A stretch of 64,000 nt of DNA from NCBI GenBank assembly GCA_964016885.1, contig OZ024744.1:88846001-88910000 (forward strand), written 5' to 3'. The stretch is from Eledone cirrhosa (Eukaryota). Made by a program: the position numbers and the translations under genes. Position 1 is the stretch's first letter. Every line of letters starts with the position of its first letter. The notes below the pieces were generated by a model. It was not told the origin of the DNA. It did not search any database and was given only the letters and a program-made list of their open reading frames with translations. Positions 12,600-25,600 of the stretch are shown here, one piece after another.

Positions 12600-15500
12600 T
12601 CTCTGTCAGCCCGGTGGTGGGGCTGGGGTTGTCGTTCTGTTGCAAAAACATCTGGGTCTCGCTACACAGACGGTACACTTGGACCCGGAGGGTCGACTCG
12701 TGGTTCTGGACCTTGGCAATGGCTTTGAGGCTTGTCGCCGTATACGCCCCTTTTGGGGCCTTGCGGTCGGATTTCTTCCATCATCTGGAGACTTTTCTAG
12801 GGACGCCCCGCTCCTTGCTTTTAGTGGGGGACTGGAATGGTATCCTAGATGCACGTTGGGACTATGTAGGGGCATGTCCCGATAGAGGGGGGTGTAACAG
12901 CCTCAAGGGGTTAATCGGCCGATTTGACCTGGCCGATAGATACTGACTAGATTTTCCGACTGTGCCAACCTGGACTTGGTCAAATAACAGTGGTCAATCT
13001 AGATCGTACCTAGATAGGTTCTTAGTTAGAATTAAGGATAGGGACTTTTTAAGTTGTCCAGACATGCTCATGGTGGGCTATTCAGACCACAAGTTAGTGA
13101 CCTGCGTAGTCCACCTTGATAGAATGCATAGGCAGGGACCCGATTACTGGAAGCTCAGCTTGTCCTTACCGGCAAATAGAGCTTACAGGGACCGGATTAG
13201 CACCTTAGTTAAGGAGCGGTTGACGGGCGCCATCGTCAACAGCAGGTGGTGGGGATCTCTAAAAAGAGAGATTAGAGTAGTTTCAATAGGAGTTAGTAAG
13301 GAGTTAGCCTCAGATAGAAATAGGAAGGAAAGGGAGTTGGTAGTTATTGTTGAAGAGGCAATGAGAAGCGGCAATGTGGCCAGAGTGCAACGGTCGAGAA
13401 CGGCCTTGAACCAGTTCTTCGATGCGAAACACGAACGCTGCGTTGTCCGAAGCAAAATACGTACTCTGGAAAACGAGGGGACCAAAGCTGTTAGCTGGGC
13501 CCGCGTGACAGAAGCGAAAAGTGGGATTAAATCCACTATCCGGTCTTTGCGAGACCAGGATGGACGAGTTATCCTTGAACCTAAGCACTTGTGCGAGGCC
13601 TTTCAAAGGCACTTTGCCCGATTGTTCGGGAGGGGAGGGTGCCGGTTGGAGATGTGGATTTCGGTCCATACCTCGAAGCCCTGCCGCGTCTTTCGGACGA
13701 GGAGGGGAGGTCCTGCGACGGGCCGATCTCAGCTGCTGAAATAGGGGACGTGCTGAGCCTATGCGGCAAACGCAAATCTCCAAGGCTCGATGGTCTGCCC
13801 TACGAACTATATATTAATATGCCGGACTTGTTCCCCGATCTCCTCGAGGCGTTCTACTGCAACTGGCAACAGAACGGGAGAATTCCCTGTTCTGTGATCA
13901 AGGGCGTAGTCTCGCTAGTGAGGAAGGACGAGAATAAGGGGGATGACATTAGTAATTTTAGGCCCATAACTGCTAAATGCAGAGTTAAAGATTTTGGCCA
14001 AGGTGTTAGCGAAGAGGTTGGCGCTTGTCGTGGGGGGGCCTGGTGGGAGATGCGCAGACATGCGCTATCCCGTAGGTCCATCCACGACAACCTCCACCTC
14101 ATGCGATACATCATAGAGAGGGTTGGGAACGAACCCGGCTTTGGTGGGGCCCTGATAAATTTAGATCAGTCTAAAGCGTTCGATAGGGTGGACCATGGTT
14201 ACCTGGATGCGGTGCTAGCGGTGGATGGGTTCGGACCCGTTTTCAGGTGCTGGATCACTGCCATGCACAGCAGCTGCATCTGCTCTAGAGTCAAGGTGAA
14301 CGGCTACCTTTCGGAGCCGTTCGAAATCACCCGCTCCATCCGACAGGGGTGCCCTCTCTCCTCCCTTCTGTATGTATTGGCTCTCGAGCCACTACTGCGG
14401 AAGTTGGAGTTGTTGCAGGGCATCCCTTTGGAACCGGGATTGCGCAAAGCGGTGTCGGCCTACGCCGATGACATAACAGTAATGGTGTCGACCACTTCGG
14501 AAATCGAGGCAATCGGCACCTTACTGGAGGAGTACGAAAGGTTGACAGGGGCTAAGCTGAACCGGGACAAGTCAGTCGCTTTGCAACTCGGCGAGTGGAG
14601 GGGCAAACCGATGTCGTCCGACGGTATCGTCGGACGGTGGACGGAGGGCCAGGTGAAGTTGCTTGGGGTCTGGTTCGGACCGGACCTCCAGGTGGAGAAA
14701 AACTGGGCTGAGGTGACGAATAGGGTGTTTGCACTGACCCAGAAGTGGGCCGAGTGCAAACTATCCCTGAAAGGTCGGGCGGAGGTGGCGAACGCTTACA
14801 TAGCGTCCGTCATCTATTACCGCTTGACTGTCGTGCCTTTCCCGGGTGAGAACCTCGCCAAAATGGAGCGCGCCCTCTTTTATTTCCTTTGGAAGAAGAG
14901 GTCTCCTCTGGTGAAGAGATCCATCTGCTGTCAATACCCTTTGAAAGGAGAGCTGGGGATGCCGTGGCTAAAAATGCGTAAACACGCATTGAGGCTAAGG
15001 CACCTCCAGGTATTCCTCTCCGGTCAACCGGTGTGGGCCCCGTTTGTGAGGCGAGCCTTCCCGGCTATCGATGGAGACTCCACCTCGTCATTCTATAGAG
15101 GGCTGGTGGTTAGCAGGTGCGACGACGCCCTCGGAGAAACCCTAGGCATGGAGTAGGACGAACTGGCCAGTCTATTCGGTAGGACTTTGGGCCCGGGACC
15201 TATGGTCAACTTCCAGAAGTCCTTGGCCTGGCAGTGCTACCGAGGGGCTCTGCCCGTTCGGGATAAGCTCTACAGACACGGACGCCCGGGTAGGGACCCC
15301 TCGAAAAAGATCTGTCCCAGATGCGTGTGCGACGAGGAAACCGTCGCGCACGCATTGGTGCACTGCCCGGGCGTTGCCGATCTGTGGGGCTATGTCGAAC
15401 AACTGCTGTCACGGGTGGGACCAATTAGGTTGACCACCGAGTCTATTGTAACGATCAAGCCGCCTCCCCCCTTCAAAAATGAAGGAGAGGCGGTCTTCCT

Positions 15501-15680
15501 CTGTGTAATAGCCATGGTAAAAGAGGTTACATGGTGGACGCGTCTGAAAGGGCTGATGTCGGACACCTTTCTCTCCGGCCAACAACTGGTCCTTTTCTTC
15601 CGATACAGTTTTATGAAAGGTGGGTGAAAGTTGCGAGAATGGCCCGTGTGAATGGGCCTACTCTCTACCTCAGCCTGTAG
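12600..15680 (+). pseudogene. ORF2 (APE-RT-zinc finger) of copy B, start deleted, frameshifted
   Basis: ORFs 12593-12946, 12962-13744, 13591-15156 and 15187-15627. Confidence 0.92.
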
Positions 15681-16164
15681 GTGGAAAAGGAAGAAGGGAG
15701 CACCCTCTCTTTGTGCTCCCGTGGAGAAGGGTCGCACATTTTTTTCGAGGGTGTGTGTGACCCCAAAACGATCCGTCCCTATTGAGGACGTTCTTGTTAA
15801 AATTTTACTTATTACATTTTTCTTACTCGATTTTTATGTAAACTCCCCCCACCCATGTACATGTCCCTTTCTTTTGTGCCCTAGTGGCAAATAAACAGAA
15901 ATTAGTCTGTCAGTCTGTCTGTCTCGCTGTCTGTTTGTTGTCTGTGTGTCTGTCTCTGTCTGTCGAATGAGGTAGACGTGTATTAACGAGCTCTGTGTTT
16001 TACATTGGTTTTACCTTCTAAAGAGTGAGTTTTTGGATTATTTTTCTATTGTAATATAGTTTAACCCCTCGTTTGGGCCTGCAGACGTTGGGGTTATTAT
16101 TGTTTTCGCCCCTTTTGGGGGTGAAAGTTTTCTTCTTACAATTTTGTGAATTCAGCTTGTAGTA

Positions 16165-17883
16165 ATGGATGGCATTAATACAAGTCCTGGTGCCACACTC
16201 CGCCCCCCCCCCCCCCCCAAAAAAAAATCTTCGAGGAAAAATGAAAGCACAAAGTGCCCAGCTTCCTCCCCACTTTCCTTTAACGAAAAACGTTAATAAG
16301 GAACAACAGTAAACAACCGAAAAGATAAAAATTGGAAATAATACCAGCAACGGAAAAATTATGGATACCAATACGAACACCAAAGTGAACAATGACAACA
16401 ACAACAATAACAAGAAAGACAACGACAACAAAATTTCCTTTGCGGAAACTGTAAAAAAAACACAAGTGTTCCTACCTTTGGATTTAACCAACGCAAAGCA
16501 AAAGTTAGAAGAAGCAAAAAGGTATGTGACTTTCGAACCCGATTGTTCATTCAGCATTAATTCCCCTGAAGAAATAAAAAGAGAAATTGCCACGAGCACG
16601 GTGGTATTCAGGACAATGTCGAATGCGACAAAAAAACCAGTACAACCGTCTCAGAGTGAGATAGAGCTGGTTTTAAGGAACTAAATGGAAAACATTTTGT
16701 TCATTCAAAAAAGAAAACTCTTCGGTAGCATCTCGCTGCTTATGAAGAATCAAGAAACGGCGCAAAAACATTCCATTGCGCCTATTGTATCCACCCACTT
16801 CACCTTTTTCCCGTCTTACATGGGAAGAAGGTCTCAAAAAATAAAATTCCACTGCATAAGACCCAAAGTAGACACTTGGTGGATACTTTGTGGCGTTTTA
16901 GACCTTGACCAAGACATTATAATCTCGGTTGGAAAGTCCTCTCTGGGAGAGAGGTCTTTAGTGGGACCAGCATAGAACTTCTGGTGCAGATGAGCCCAGA
17001 AAAGATAGCGAAGATCCCACAGAGAATTCATTTAGATGGAGAGACCTACATAAACATTTCAGTTGAGGGTAGGCGACACGCGTGTTACCACTGCGCAAGC
17101 AGAGGTCACCTGCGGGTTGCATGCCCTCAACTGATAAAAAAGAAACCTTTATTACAAACACCACAAACAATAACACGGCCAAAACCACCACAACAACAAC
17201 ATCATCAACAACAGCTCAAGAAAACAACCCAAAACACGGCCCCACCCAACCGCTCCCCACAGAACACAAATACAAAAACACACGCAGTGCAAAAACAACC
17301 TGGCAGTATACCCCTCCCCTCCAATACGGAAGAGGAGCTCATATCCTCGGAAGACGAGGGGGCTCCCTTCCAAAAAGTCAAAAGAAAAAAACGTACACAC
17401 ACCACACAAACAAAAATAACCACACCTGAAAACACAACACAGACAACAAAGCGCAAGCTCACTCAAGAACAACAAACAAAAACAAACACAACAACACAAA
17501 AAAATCTACACATACATAAACAAAAACAATAAAAACTTAGCAGACAAAATAAACAACAACTCTTCGGTACAAACCGAAGGGCCGAATTTTACAATGACAA
17601 CGGGACTCCCTAACATGAAAATGGTGAAGGTCCCAATTGACTTTTTTAAAACATTGAAAAACATTTACCCTGAGGACGTGGGGCCACCCTGCACCAGGCC
17701 ACTCAGCCGCGTCCTCCTGAAAGGTTTTCCCCTCCCCTCCTCAAACACCCACACAATTCCAAACACCCCAACCCCTCCACACACTAATACCCCCACACCA
17801 CCACAAACCACCACCCACCCAACTACCCCTCCACCACCCCCATGGAAACTGAACAGCCCGGACCCCGGGACGCAGAGAAGTAA
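16165..17883 (+). pseudogene. ORF1 of copy C, frameshifted
   Basis: ORFs 16361-16684, 16685-16975, 16984-17532 and 17594 onward; start codon uncertain. Confidence 0.78.
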
Positions 17884-17905
17884 GTGCCTCTTTCTTTACC
17901 ACCAA

Positions 17906-20900
17906 ATGGCTGTGTTAAGAGTAGGTTGTCTAAATGCGCGTGGCCTGGGCTCACCTTGGAAGCAAGCTAAACTTCTAAATGATCTCAGGTCACGATGTAT
18001 AAATGTGATGGTTATTTGCGAGGCCCGGATCAGCAGCGTGCGACAACTATCCCCCACCTTTGATGACTTTGAGGTGCACCCATCACTCTGTCAACCCGGA
18101 GGTGGGGTGGGGTTGTCGTTCTGCTGCAAAAACATCTGGGTCTCGCTACACAGACGGTACACTTGGACCCGGAGTGTCGACTGGTGCTTCTGGACCTTGG
18201 CAGTGGTGAAGGCGAAGCTTTTAGGTTTGTCGCCGTTTACGCCCCTCTTGGGGCAATGCGGTCGGACTTCTTCCATCGTCTGGAGGCTTTTCTAGGGACG
18301 TCCCGCTCCTTGCTTTTAGTGGGGGACTGGAATGATATCCTAGATGCACGTTGGGACTATGTAGGGGCATGTCCCGATAGAGGGGGTGTAACAACCTCAA
18401 GGGGTTAATCGGCCGATTTGACCTGGCGATAGATATCGACTAGATTTTCCGACTGTGCCAACTTGGACTTGGGCGGTTAATCTAGATCGTACCTAGATAG
18501 GTTCTTAGTTAGAATTAAGGATAGGGATTTTTTAATTTGTCCAGAAATGCTCATGGTGGGCTATTCAGACCACAAGTTAGTGACCTGCATAGTACATCTT
18601 GATAGAACGCATAGGCAGGGACCCGATTACTGAAAGCTCAACTTGTCCTTACCGGCAAATAGAGCTTACAGGGACCGGATTAGAACCTTAGTTAAGGAGC
18701 GGTTGACGGGCGCACTCGTCAACAGTAGGTGGTGGGGATCTCTGAAAAGAGAGATTAGAGTAGTTTCAATAGGAGTTAGTAAGGAGTTAGCCTCAGATAG
18801 AAATAGGAAGGAAAGGGAGCTGGTAGTTAATGTTGAAGAGGCAATGAGAAGCGGCAACGTGGCCAGAGTGCAAGCGTCGAGAACGACCTTGAGCCAGCTC
18901 TTCGACGCGAAACACGAACGCTGCGTTGTCCGAAGCAAAATACGTGCTCTGGGAAACGAGGGGACCAAAGCTGTTAGCTGGGCCCGCGTGACAGAAGCCA
19001 AAAGTGGGATTAGATCCACTATCCGGTCTTTGCGAGACCAGGATAGACGGGTGATCATTGAACCTAAGCAAGTGTGCGAGCCTTTCAAAGGCACGTTGCC
19101 CGATTGTTCGGGAGGGGCGGGGGGGATGTGAATTTCGGTCCATACCTCGACGGCCTGCCGCGTCTTTCGGACGAGGAGGGGAGGTCCTGCGACGGACCGA
19201 TCTCAGCTGCTGAAATAAGGGACGTGCTAAGCCTATGCGGCAAACGCAAATCTCCAGGCTTCGATGGTCTGCCCTACGAACTATATATTAATATGCTGGA
19301 CTTGTTCCCCGATCTCCTCGAGGCGTTCTACTGCAACTGGCAACAGAACGGGAGAATTCCCTGTTCTGTGACCAAGGGCGTAGTCTCGCTAGTGAGGAAG
19401 GACGAGAATAAGGGGGATGACATTAGTAATTTTAGGCCCATAACTCTGCTAAATGCAGAGTTAAAGATTTTGGCCAAGGTGTTAGCGAAGAGGTTGGCGC
19501 TTGTCGTGGGGGGCCTGGTGGGAGATGCGCAGACATGCGCTATCCCGTCCAGGTCCATCCACGACAACTTCCACCTCATGCGATATATCATAGAGAGGGT
19601 TGGGAACGAACCCGGCTTTGGTGGGGCCCTGATAAATTTAGATCAGTCTAAAGCGTTCGATAGGGTGGACCATGGTTACCTGGATGCGGTGCTAGCGGCA
19701 GCTGGTTTCGGACCCGTTTTCTGGGGCTGGATCACTGCCATGCATAGCAGCTGCATCTGCTCTAGAGTCAAGGTGAACGGCTACCTCTCGGAGCCTTTCG
19801 AAATCACCCGCTCCATCCGACAGGGATGCCCTCTCTCCTCCCTTCTGTATGTATTGGCTCTCGAGCCACTACTGCGGAAGCTGGAGTTGTTGCAGAGCAT
19901 CCCTTTGGAAACAGGATTGCGCAAAGCGGTGTCGGCCTACACCGATGACATAACAGTAATGGTGTCGACCACTTCGGAAATCGAGGCAATCGGCACCTTA
20001 CTGGAGGAGTACGAAAGGTTGACAGGGGCTAAGCTGAACCGGGACAAGTCAGTCGCTTTGCAACTCGGCGAGTGGAGGGGCAAACTGATGTCGTCCGACG
20101 GTATCGTCGGACGGTGGACGGAGGGCCCGGTGAAGTTGCTTGGGGTCTGGTTCGGACCGGACCTCCAGGTGGAGAAAAACTGGGGTGAAGGGACGAACAG
20201 GGTGTTTGCACTGACCCAGAAGTGGGCCGAGTGCAAACTATCCCTGAAAGGAGGTCGGGCGGAGGTGGCGAACGCATACATAGCGTCCGTCATCTATTAC
20301 CGCTTGACTGTCGTGCCTTGCCCGGGTGAGATCCTCGCCAAAATGGAGCGCGCTCTCTTTCATTTCCTTTGGAAGAAGGGATTTCCTCTGGTGAGGAGAT
20401 GCATCTGCTGTCAACACCCTTTGAAAGGAGGGCTGGGGATGCCGTGGCTAAAAATGCGTAAACACGCATTGAGGCTAAGGCACCTCCAGGTATTCCTCGC
20501 CGGTCAACCGGTGTGGGCCCCGTTTGTGAGGCGAGCCTTCCCGAGGCTCGTCTCGCTCACCGAGCTGCAGTCCTGGGTGAAGCAAAGACCGAGAAAACTG
20601 GGCGACTGGCACACCGAGTGTGCCCAGGCGCTCACGGTTCTCTGGCAGGTGGTCCCGGCTATCGGTGGAGACTCCACCTCGTCATTCTATAGAGGGCTGG
20701 TGGTTAGCAGGTGCGACGACGCCCTCGGAGAAACACTAGGCATGGAGTAGGACGTACTGGCCAGCCTATTCAGTAGGACCTTCAGCCCGGGACCTATGGT
20801 CAACTTCCAGAAGTCTTTGGCCTGGCAGTGCTACGTAGGGGCTCTGCCCTTTCGGGATAAGCTCTACAGACACGGACGCCCGGGTAGGGACCCCTCAAAA

Positions 20901-21323
20901 AAGATCTGTCCCAGATGGGTGCGCGACGAGGAAACCGTCGCGCACGCATTGGTGCACTGCCCGGGCGTTGCCGATCTGTGGGGCTATGTCGAACAACTGC
21001 TGTCACGGGTGGGACCAATTAGGTTGACCACCGAGTCCATTGTAACGATCAAGCCGCCTCCCCCCTTCAAACATGAAGGAGAGGCGGTCTTCCTCTGTGT
21101 AATAGCCATGGGAAAAGAGGTTATATGGTGGACGCGTCTGAAAGGGCTGATGTCGGACACCTTTCTCTCCGGCCAACAATTGCTCCTTTTCTTCCGATAC
21201 TATTTCGGAAGAAGGATCAGGATGGAGAGAGAGGTGCTCCACTCCAGCCAGTTTTATGAAAGGTGGGTGAAAGTTGCGAGAATGGCTCGTGTGAATGGGC
21301 CTTCTCTCTACCTCAGCCTGTAG
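17906..21323 (+). pseudogene. ORF2 (APE-RT-zinc finger) of copy C
   Basis: All domains present across 5-6 frames; the RT motif reads YTDD where B and E have YADD. Confidence 0.93.
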
Positions 21324-21668
21324 GTGGAAAAGGATGAAGGAAGAAGGGAGCACCCTCTCTTTGTGCTCCCGTGGAGAAGAGTCACACATTTTTTTTTTTT
21401 TTTTTTAGGCGGTGTGTGTGACCCCAAAACGATCCCTCCCTATTGAGGACCTTTTTGTTCCAATTTTATTTATTACATTTTTCTTACTCGATTTATATGT
21501 AAACCCCCCCACCCCCACCCCATGTACATGTCGCTTTCTTTTGTACCCTCGTGGCAAATAAACAGAAAATTGTCTCTCTGTCAGTCTGTGTGTCTGTGTG
21601 TCTGTCTGTCTCTCTCTCTGTCAGTCTGTCAGTCTGTCAGTCTCTCTGTCTCTGTCAGTCTGTCTGTC

Positions 21669-22642
21669 TTTGATAGTAGATGTCTTGCACATCGGCGCTT
21701 CGGACCCGGCTGTCAGTGGAGAATCCACCTCGTCATTCTATAGAGGGCTAGTACGCAGCAGGTGCGACGACGCCCTCGGAGAAGCCCTAGGCATGGATGA
21801 AAACGAACTGGCCAACCTGTTCGGTAGGACATTCAGCCCGGGACCTATGGATAACTTCCAGAGGTCCCTGGCCTGGCAGTGCTACCGAGGGGCTCTGCCC
21901 GTCCGAGAAAGGCTCTACAGACACGGGCGCCCGGGTAGGGACCCCTCGAAAAAGATCTGTCCCAGATGCGTGTGCGACGAGGAAACCGTTACACACGCAT
22001 TGGTACACTGCTCTGGCATTGCCGATCTGTGGGGCTATGTCGAACGACTGCTGTCACGGGTGGGACCGATCCGGTTGACCACCGAGTCTATTGTAACGAT
22101 CAAGCCTCCTCCCCTCTTCAAACACGAAGGAGAGGCGTGTTTCTGTGCGTAATAGCCATGGCGAAAGAGGTTGTATGGTGGACGCGTCTGAAAGAACTGA
22201 GGTCAGACACCTTTCTCTCTGGCCAACAACTGGTCCGTTTCTTCCGATATCATTTCGGAAGAAGGATCAGGATGGAGAGAGAGGTGCTGCACCCCAGCCG
22301 TTTTTATGAAAGATGGGTGAAAGTGGCGAGAATGGCCCGTGTGAATGGGCCTTCACTCTACATCAGACTATAGGTGAAAAATATGAAAGACCAAGGAAGC
22401 ACACCTTCTCTGTGCTCCTGAGGAGAAGGGTTGCACACTTTTTTCGGGGGTGTGTGCGACCCCCCAAGGCGCCTCCTCCCTATTGAGGATTTTGTTATTC
22501 AATTTATTTTTGTTATATTTTATATTTTATATTTTCATATTTTGTTATTGCCTCCTCCTTAGTGAGGACGCCTTTTTATGTAAACTCCCCCAATTGTACT
22601 TGTCCCACTCTTTGATGCCCTGGTGGCAAATAAAAAGAAAGT
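21669..22642 (+). mobile_element. Short Tx1-like copy D: about 28 nt of B-type 5' end joined to the last ~0.95 kb of an element
   Basis: TTTGATAGTAGATGTCTTGCACATCGGC matches the B 5' end, then DPAVSGESTSSFYRG...CPRCVC..HALVHC, 3' UTR and AATAAA. Confidence 0.88.
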
Positions 22643-22652
22643 TATCTATCTC

Positions 22653-25600
22653 TGGGATGGACACACGCGTGAAACATGCTGGGTAAGTTCTGCTTAAATT
22701 TCTATAGAATTTTTGACTGTGAAATTTTTTTTTATACCAATTTGTAGAGGGACTGCCAGGTCAAATTTTGATCTGGTCAGTCTCTCAAAAAATCTACACC
22801 TTTAGGCGAAATAGTTCATAAATAAAAAATTTTGGGGGAAAAACTAACGTTTTAAAAAAAAATGGCTGAAGCAACAACTTCTTCACCAACATTCGAAGGA
22901 GGAAAGAGGAAGATATGCTTACAGCTTCCCCCTTCCATTGTCATAGTAGCAGATGTCTCAGACAAAGGTCAGTCAGAGGAAGGATTTTGTTCACCTGCTG
23001 ACCAAGAACTTGACGTTGCCATGGCAACAAACCAAAAACAAAAGTGTGAAACAATGAACAAAAACAACACAACCAGCGGCACCAGCAACAACAACAACAA
23101 CAACAATGCTATGAAAGAAAACAACACCAACAACAAGAACAATAACAACAAGAAGACCAATAACAGCAACAAGGAAGTAAACGACAAAATATCGTTTGCG
23201 CAAACCGTAAAGAAAAGGGTAAGCTACACTCCGGTGGATATTTCAAATGCAAATGAGCTTTTGAATAACGCCAGACAGTACATAACTTTTGGGGAGAACG
23301 GATCATTCTCAATAAACTCTCCCCCAGATTTGCGAAGAGAAACTGCCTTGAAAACTGTGGTTTTCAGGACATTCTCAAACAAAACCCGAAAACCGACTCA
23401 ACTTTCACAAGGTGAAATTGAGTTGGTTTTAAAGGATGCCTTAAAAGACATTGCTTTCATTCAGACGGGTAGACTCTACGGGAGTTTATCCATTCTGATG
23501 AAAGACCAATTGACGGCACAGAAATATTCTGTTTCGCCAATTATGTCACCTTTTTCCTCACTTACATGGAGAAAAGAACACAGAAAATAAAAATCCAAAG
23601 TATCACATCAAATATTAATATTTGGTGGGTACTATATGGATTTTTAAACCTCCCAAAAGACTCGATAATATCGGTAGGTAAGTCCTCCGGTGACCTGTTC
23701 AGCCGAACTAGCCTGGAAATTCTGGTCCAAATGACCCCAGAACGAATAGCTAGGATCCCGGAACGTGTGCTGCTGGATGGGCTTATATACATAAACATTT
23801 CGTCGAGGGTAGGCGGCCCTCATGTTACAACTGCTTAAGCAGGGGTCACCTCAGAGTCTCCTTTCCTCGGCTAACTAGCCAAAAAAAAGGCACTGCAACA
23901 CCAGCAACACCAGCAAAACAATCACCACTACCACAACAACAACAACAAAAATAGTGACAGCAAAACAAACGACAAACAGAGTCCCACCCAACCCCCTCCC
24001 CACCTAAAACTACTCCAGAACCACCCACACACATAACAGCTCCACAAAATGAACCCCTCCCCAACAACAAGGATGAGGCCTCATCATCGTCACCCAGTGA
24101 CGATCAGGGAGAGCCTTTCCGACCAGTAAAATGAAAAAAGAAAAGACATAACACAAACCAAAATGCAACAAACAGACAAACACCAACACAAGCGACGCAA
24201 ACACCAAAAACAAAAACACCCCCTCCTAAAAACAAAACACATACTCCAAAACGTAAACACACACAAGAACCACAGACAAAAAGCAACACAACACAACAAA
24301 AAGTTACACCTATATAAATACTAACACTAAAACTTTAACAGACACCGTATATAAAAACCCTTCGGTGGAGACCGAAGGGAAAACATTTAAACACTATTCG
24401 GAGAATCCTAATCTTAAAATGATTAGGATTTCCATGGACACACATAAACAGTTAAAAGGAAAATTTCCTAACGACGTAGGTAACCCCTGCGTCAAACCCA
24501 ACAATCGAGTCCTGTTAAAAGGTTTCCCCACCCCCACCCCAGGCATCCCAGCCCAGACACCCCCACCCAGACACCCCCATCCCACCAGACACCCCCTCCC
24601 CACCAAACATCTCCGTCCCCACCCCGCCAGAAACCACCACCCCACCAAACAACACCCCATGGAAATTGTGCAGCCTGGTCCCTAGGAGACGAAGAGGCGA
24701 GTGATTTTTTTTCTTCTTTTAACTTTTCAGCACCAACATGGCCAATATAAGAGTTGGATGTGTGAATGTACGCGGCCTGGGGATGCCTTGGAAAAAGGGC
24801 AAACTCTTAAAAGACCTCAGGTCGCACAGTATGGGTGTAATAGTCATTTGCGGGTCCAGGATCCACAGCGAGCGACAACTGGCCCCCATCTTCTGTCACC
24901 CGGGAGGTGGGGGCGGTGTTGCCGTTTTGCTGCGGAAGCACCTGGACCTCGTAACACAGACGGTACATTTGGACACGGAGGGTCGACTAGTGGTCCTAGA
25001 CGTTGACGGTAGTTAAGGTGGTACCTTCAGGCTGGTGGTCGCATATGCCCCATCCGAGACACCGCAGCCAGAAATCTTCAAACGTCAAAACACTTGCTGT
25101 TAGTGGGGGACTGTAATGGAATCCTAGATGTACGTTGGGACTATGTGGGAGCATGTCCCAATAGAGGGGGTGTAACAGCCTCAAACAGTTAATCGGCCGA
25201 TTTCAACTGGCCGATAGATATCGACTAGATTTTCCGACTGTGCCACTGTGGACGTGAACCAACCACAGCGGGACATCTAGATCGTACCTAGATAGGTTTC
25301 TAGTTAGGGTTAGTGATATGGTCATGTTAAACTGTTGACAAATGTCCATGGTTGCCTATTCAGAACACAAACTAGTGACCTGCATAGTCAACATTGACAG
25401 AACCCATAGACAGGGACCCGGCTACTGGAAGCTGAACTTGTTATTACTGACATGCAAAGCGTACAGTAGACGGATCAACACTTTAGTTAAGCAACACTTG
25501 ACGGGGGCCATTGTCAACAACAGATGGAGTTACTCTCTCAAGAGATTAGACTCGATAGGTTTTAGTAAAGAATTTGTTAGATTGAAATAAGACCGAAAAG

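Larger units (their letters stand above)
10902..15903 (+). mobile_element. Tx1-like non-LTR retrotransposon, copy B (near full length, internal deletions)
   Basis: ORF1 with CYHCAGRGH. ORF2 with APE (GDWN, SYLDR, SDH), RT (RQGCPLS, YADD) and C-terminal CPRC..HALVHC. AATAAA at 15889. (TCTG)n on both sides. Confidence 0.95.
15965..21571 (+). mobile_element. Tx1-like non-LTR retrotransposon, copy C (full length, decayed)
   Basis: ORF1 with CYHCASRGHLRVAC. ORF2 begins MAVLRVGCLNARGL at 17906. 558-aa RT ORF (FRPITLLN, DQSKAFDRVDH, RQGCPLS, YTDD). AATAAA at 21557. (TCTG)n on both sides. Confidence 0.96.

Noticed and set aside
12600-15610. Internal deletions in copy B (ORF2 start, ~15062, ~15607) as spliced-out introns
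   Set aside because: Deleted segments are not GT..AG bounded, and at least two show microhomology (CTCT, TCCCG), consistent with DNA-level deletion.
19074-20750. 558-aa RT ORF as an active gene, retron or group II intron
   Set aside because: It is a fragment of a LINE ORF2 with flanking frameshifts and a premature stop.
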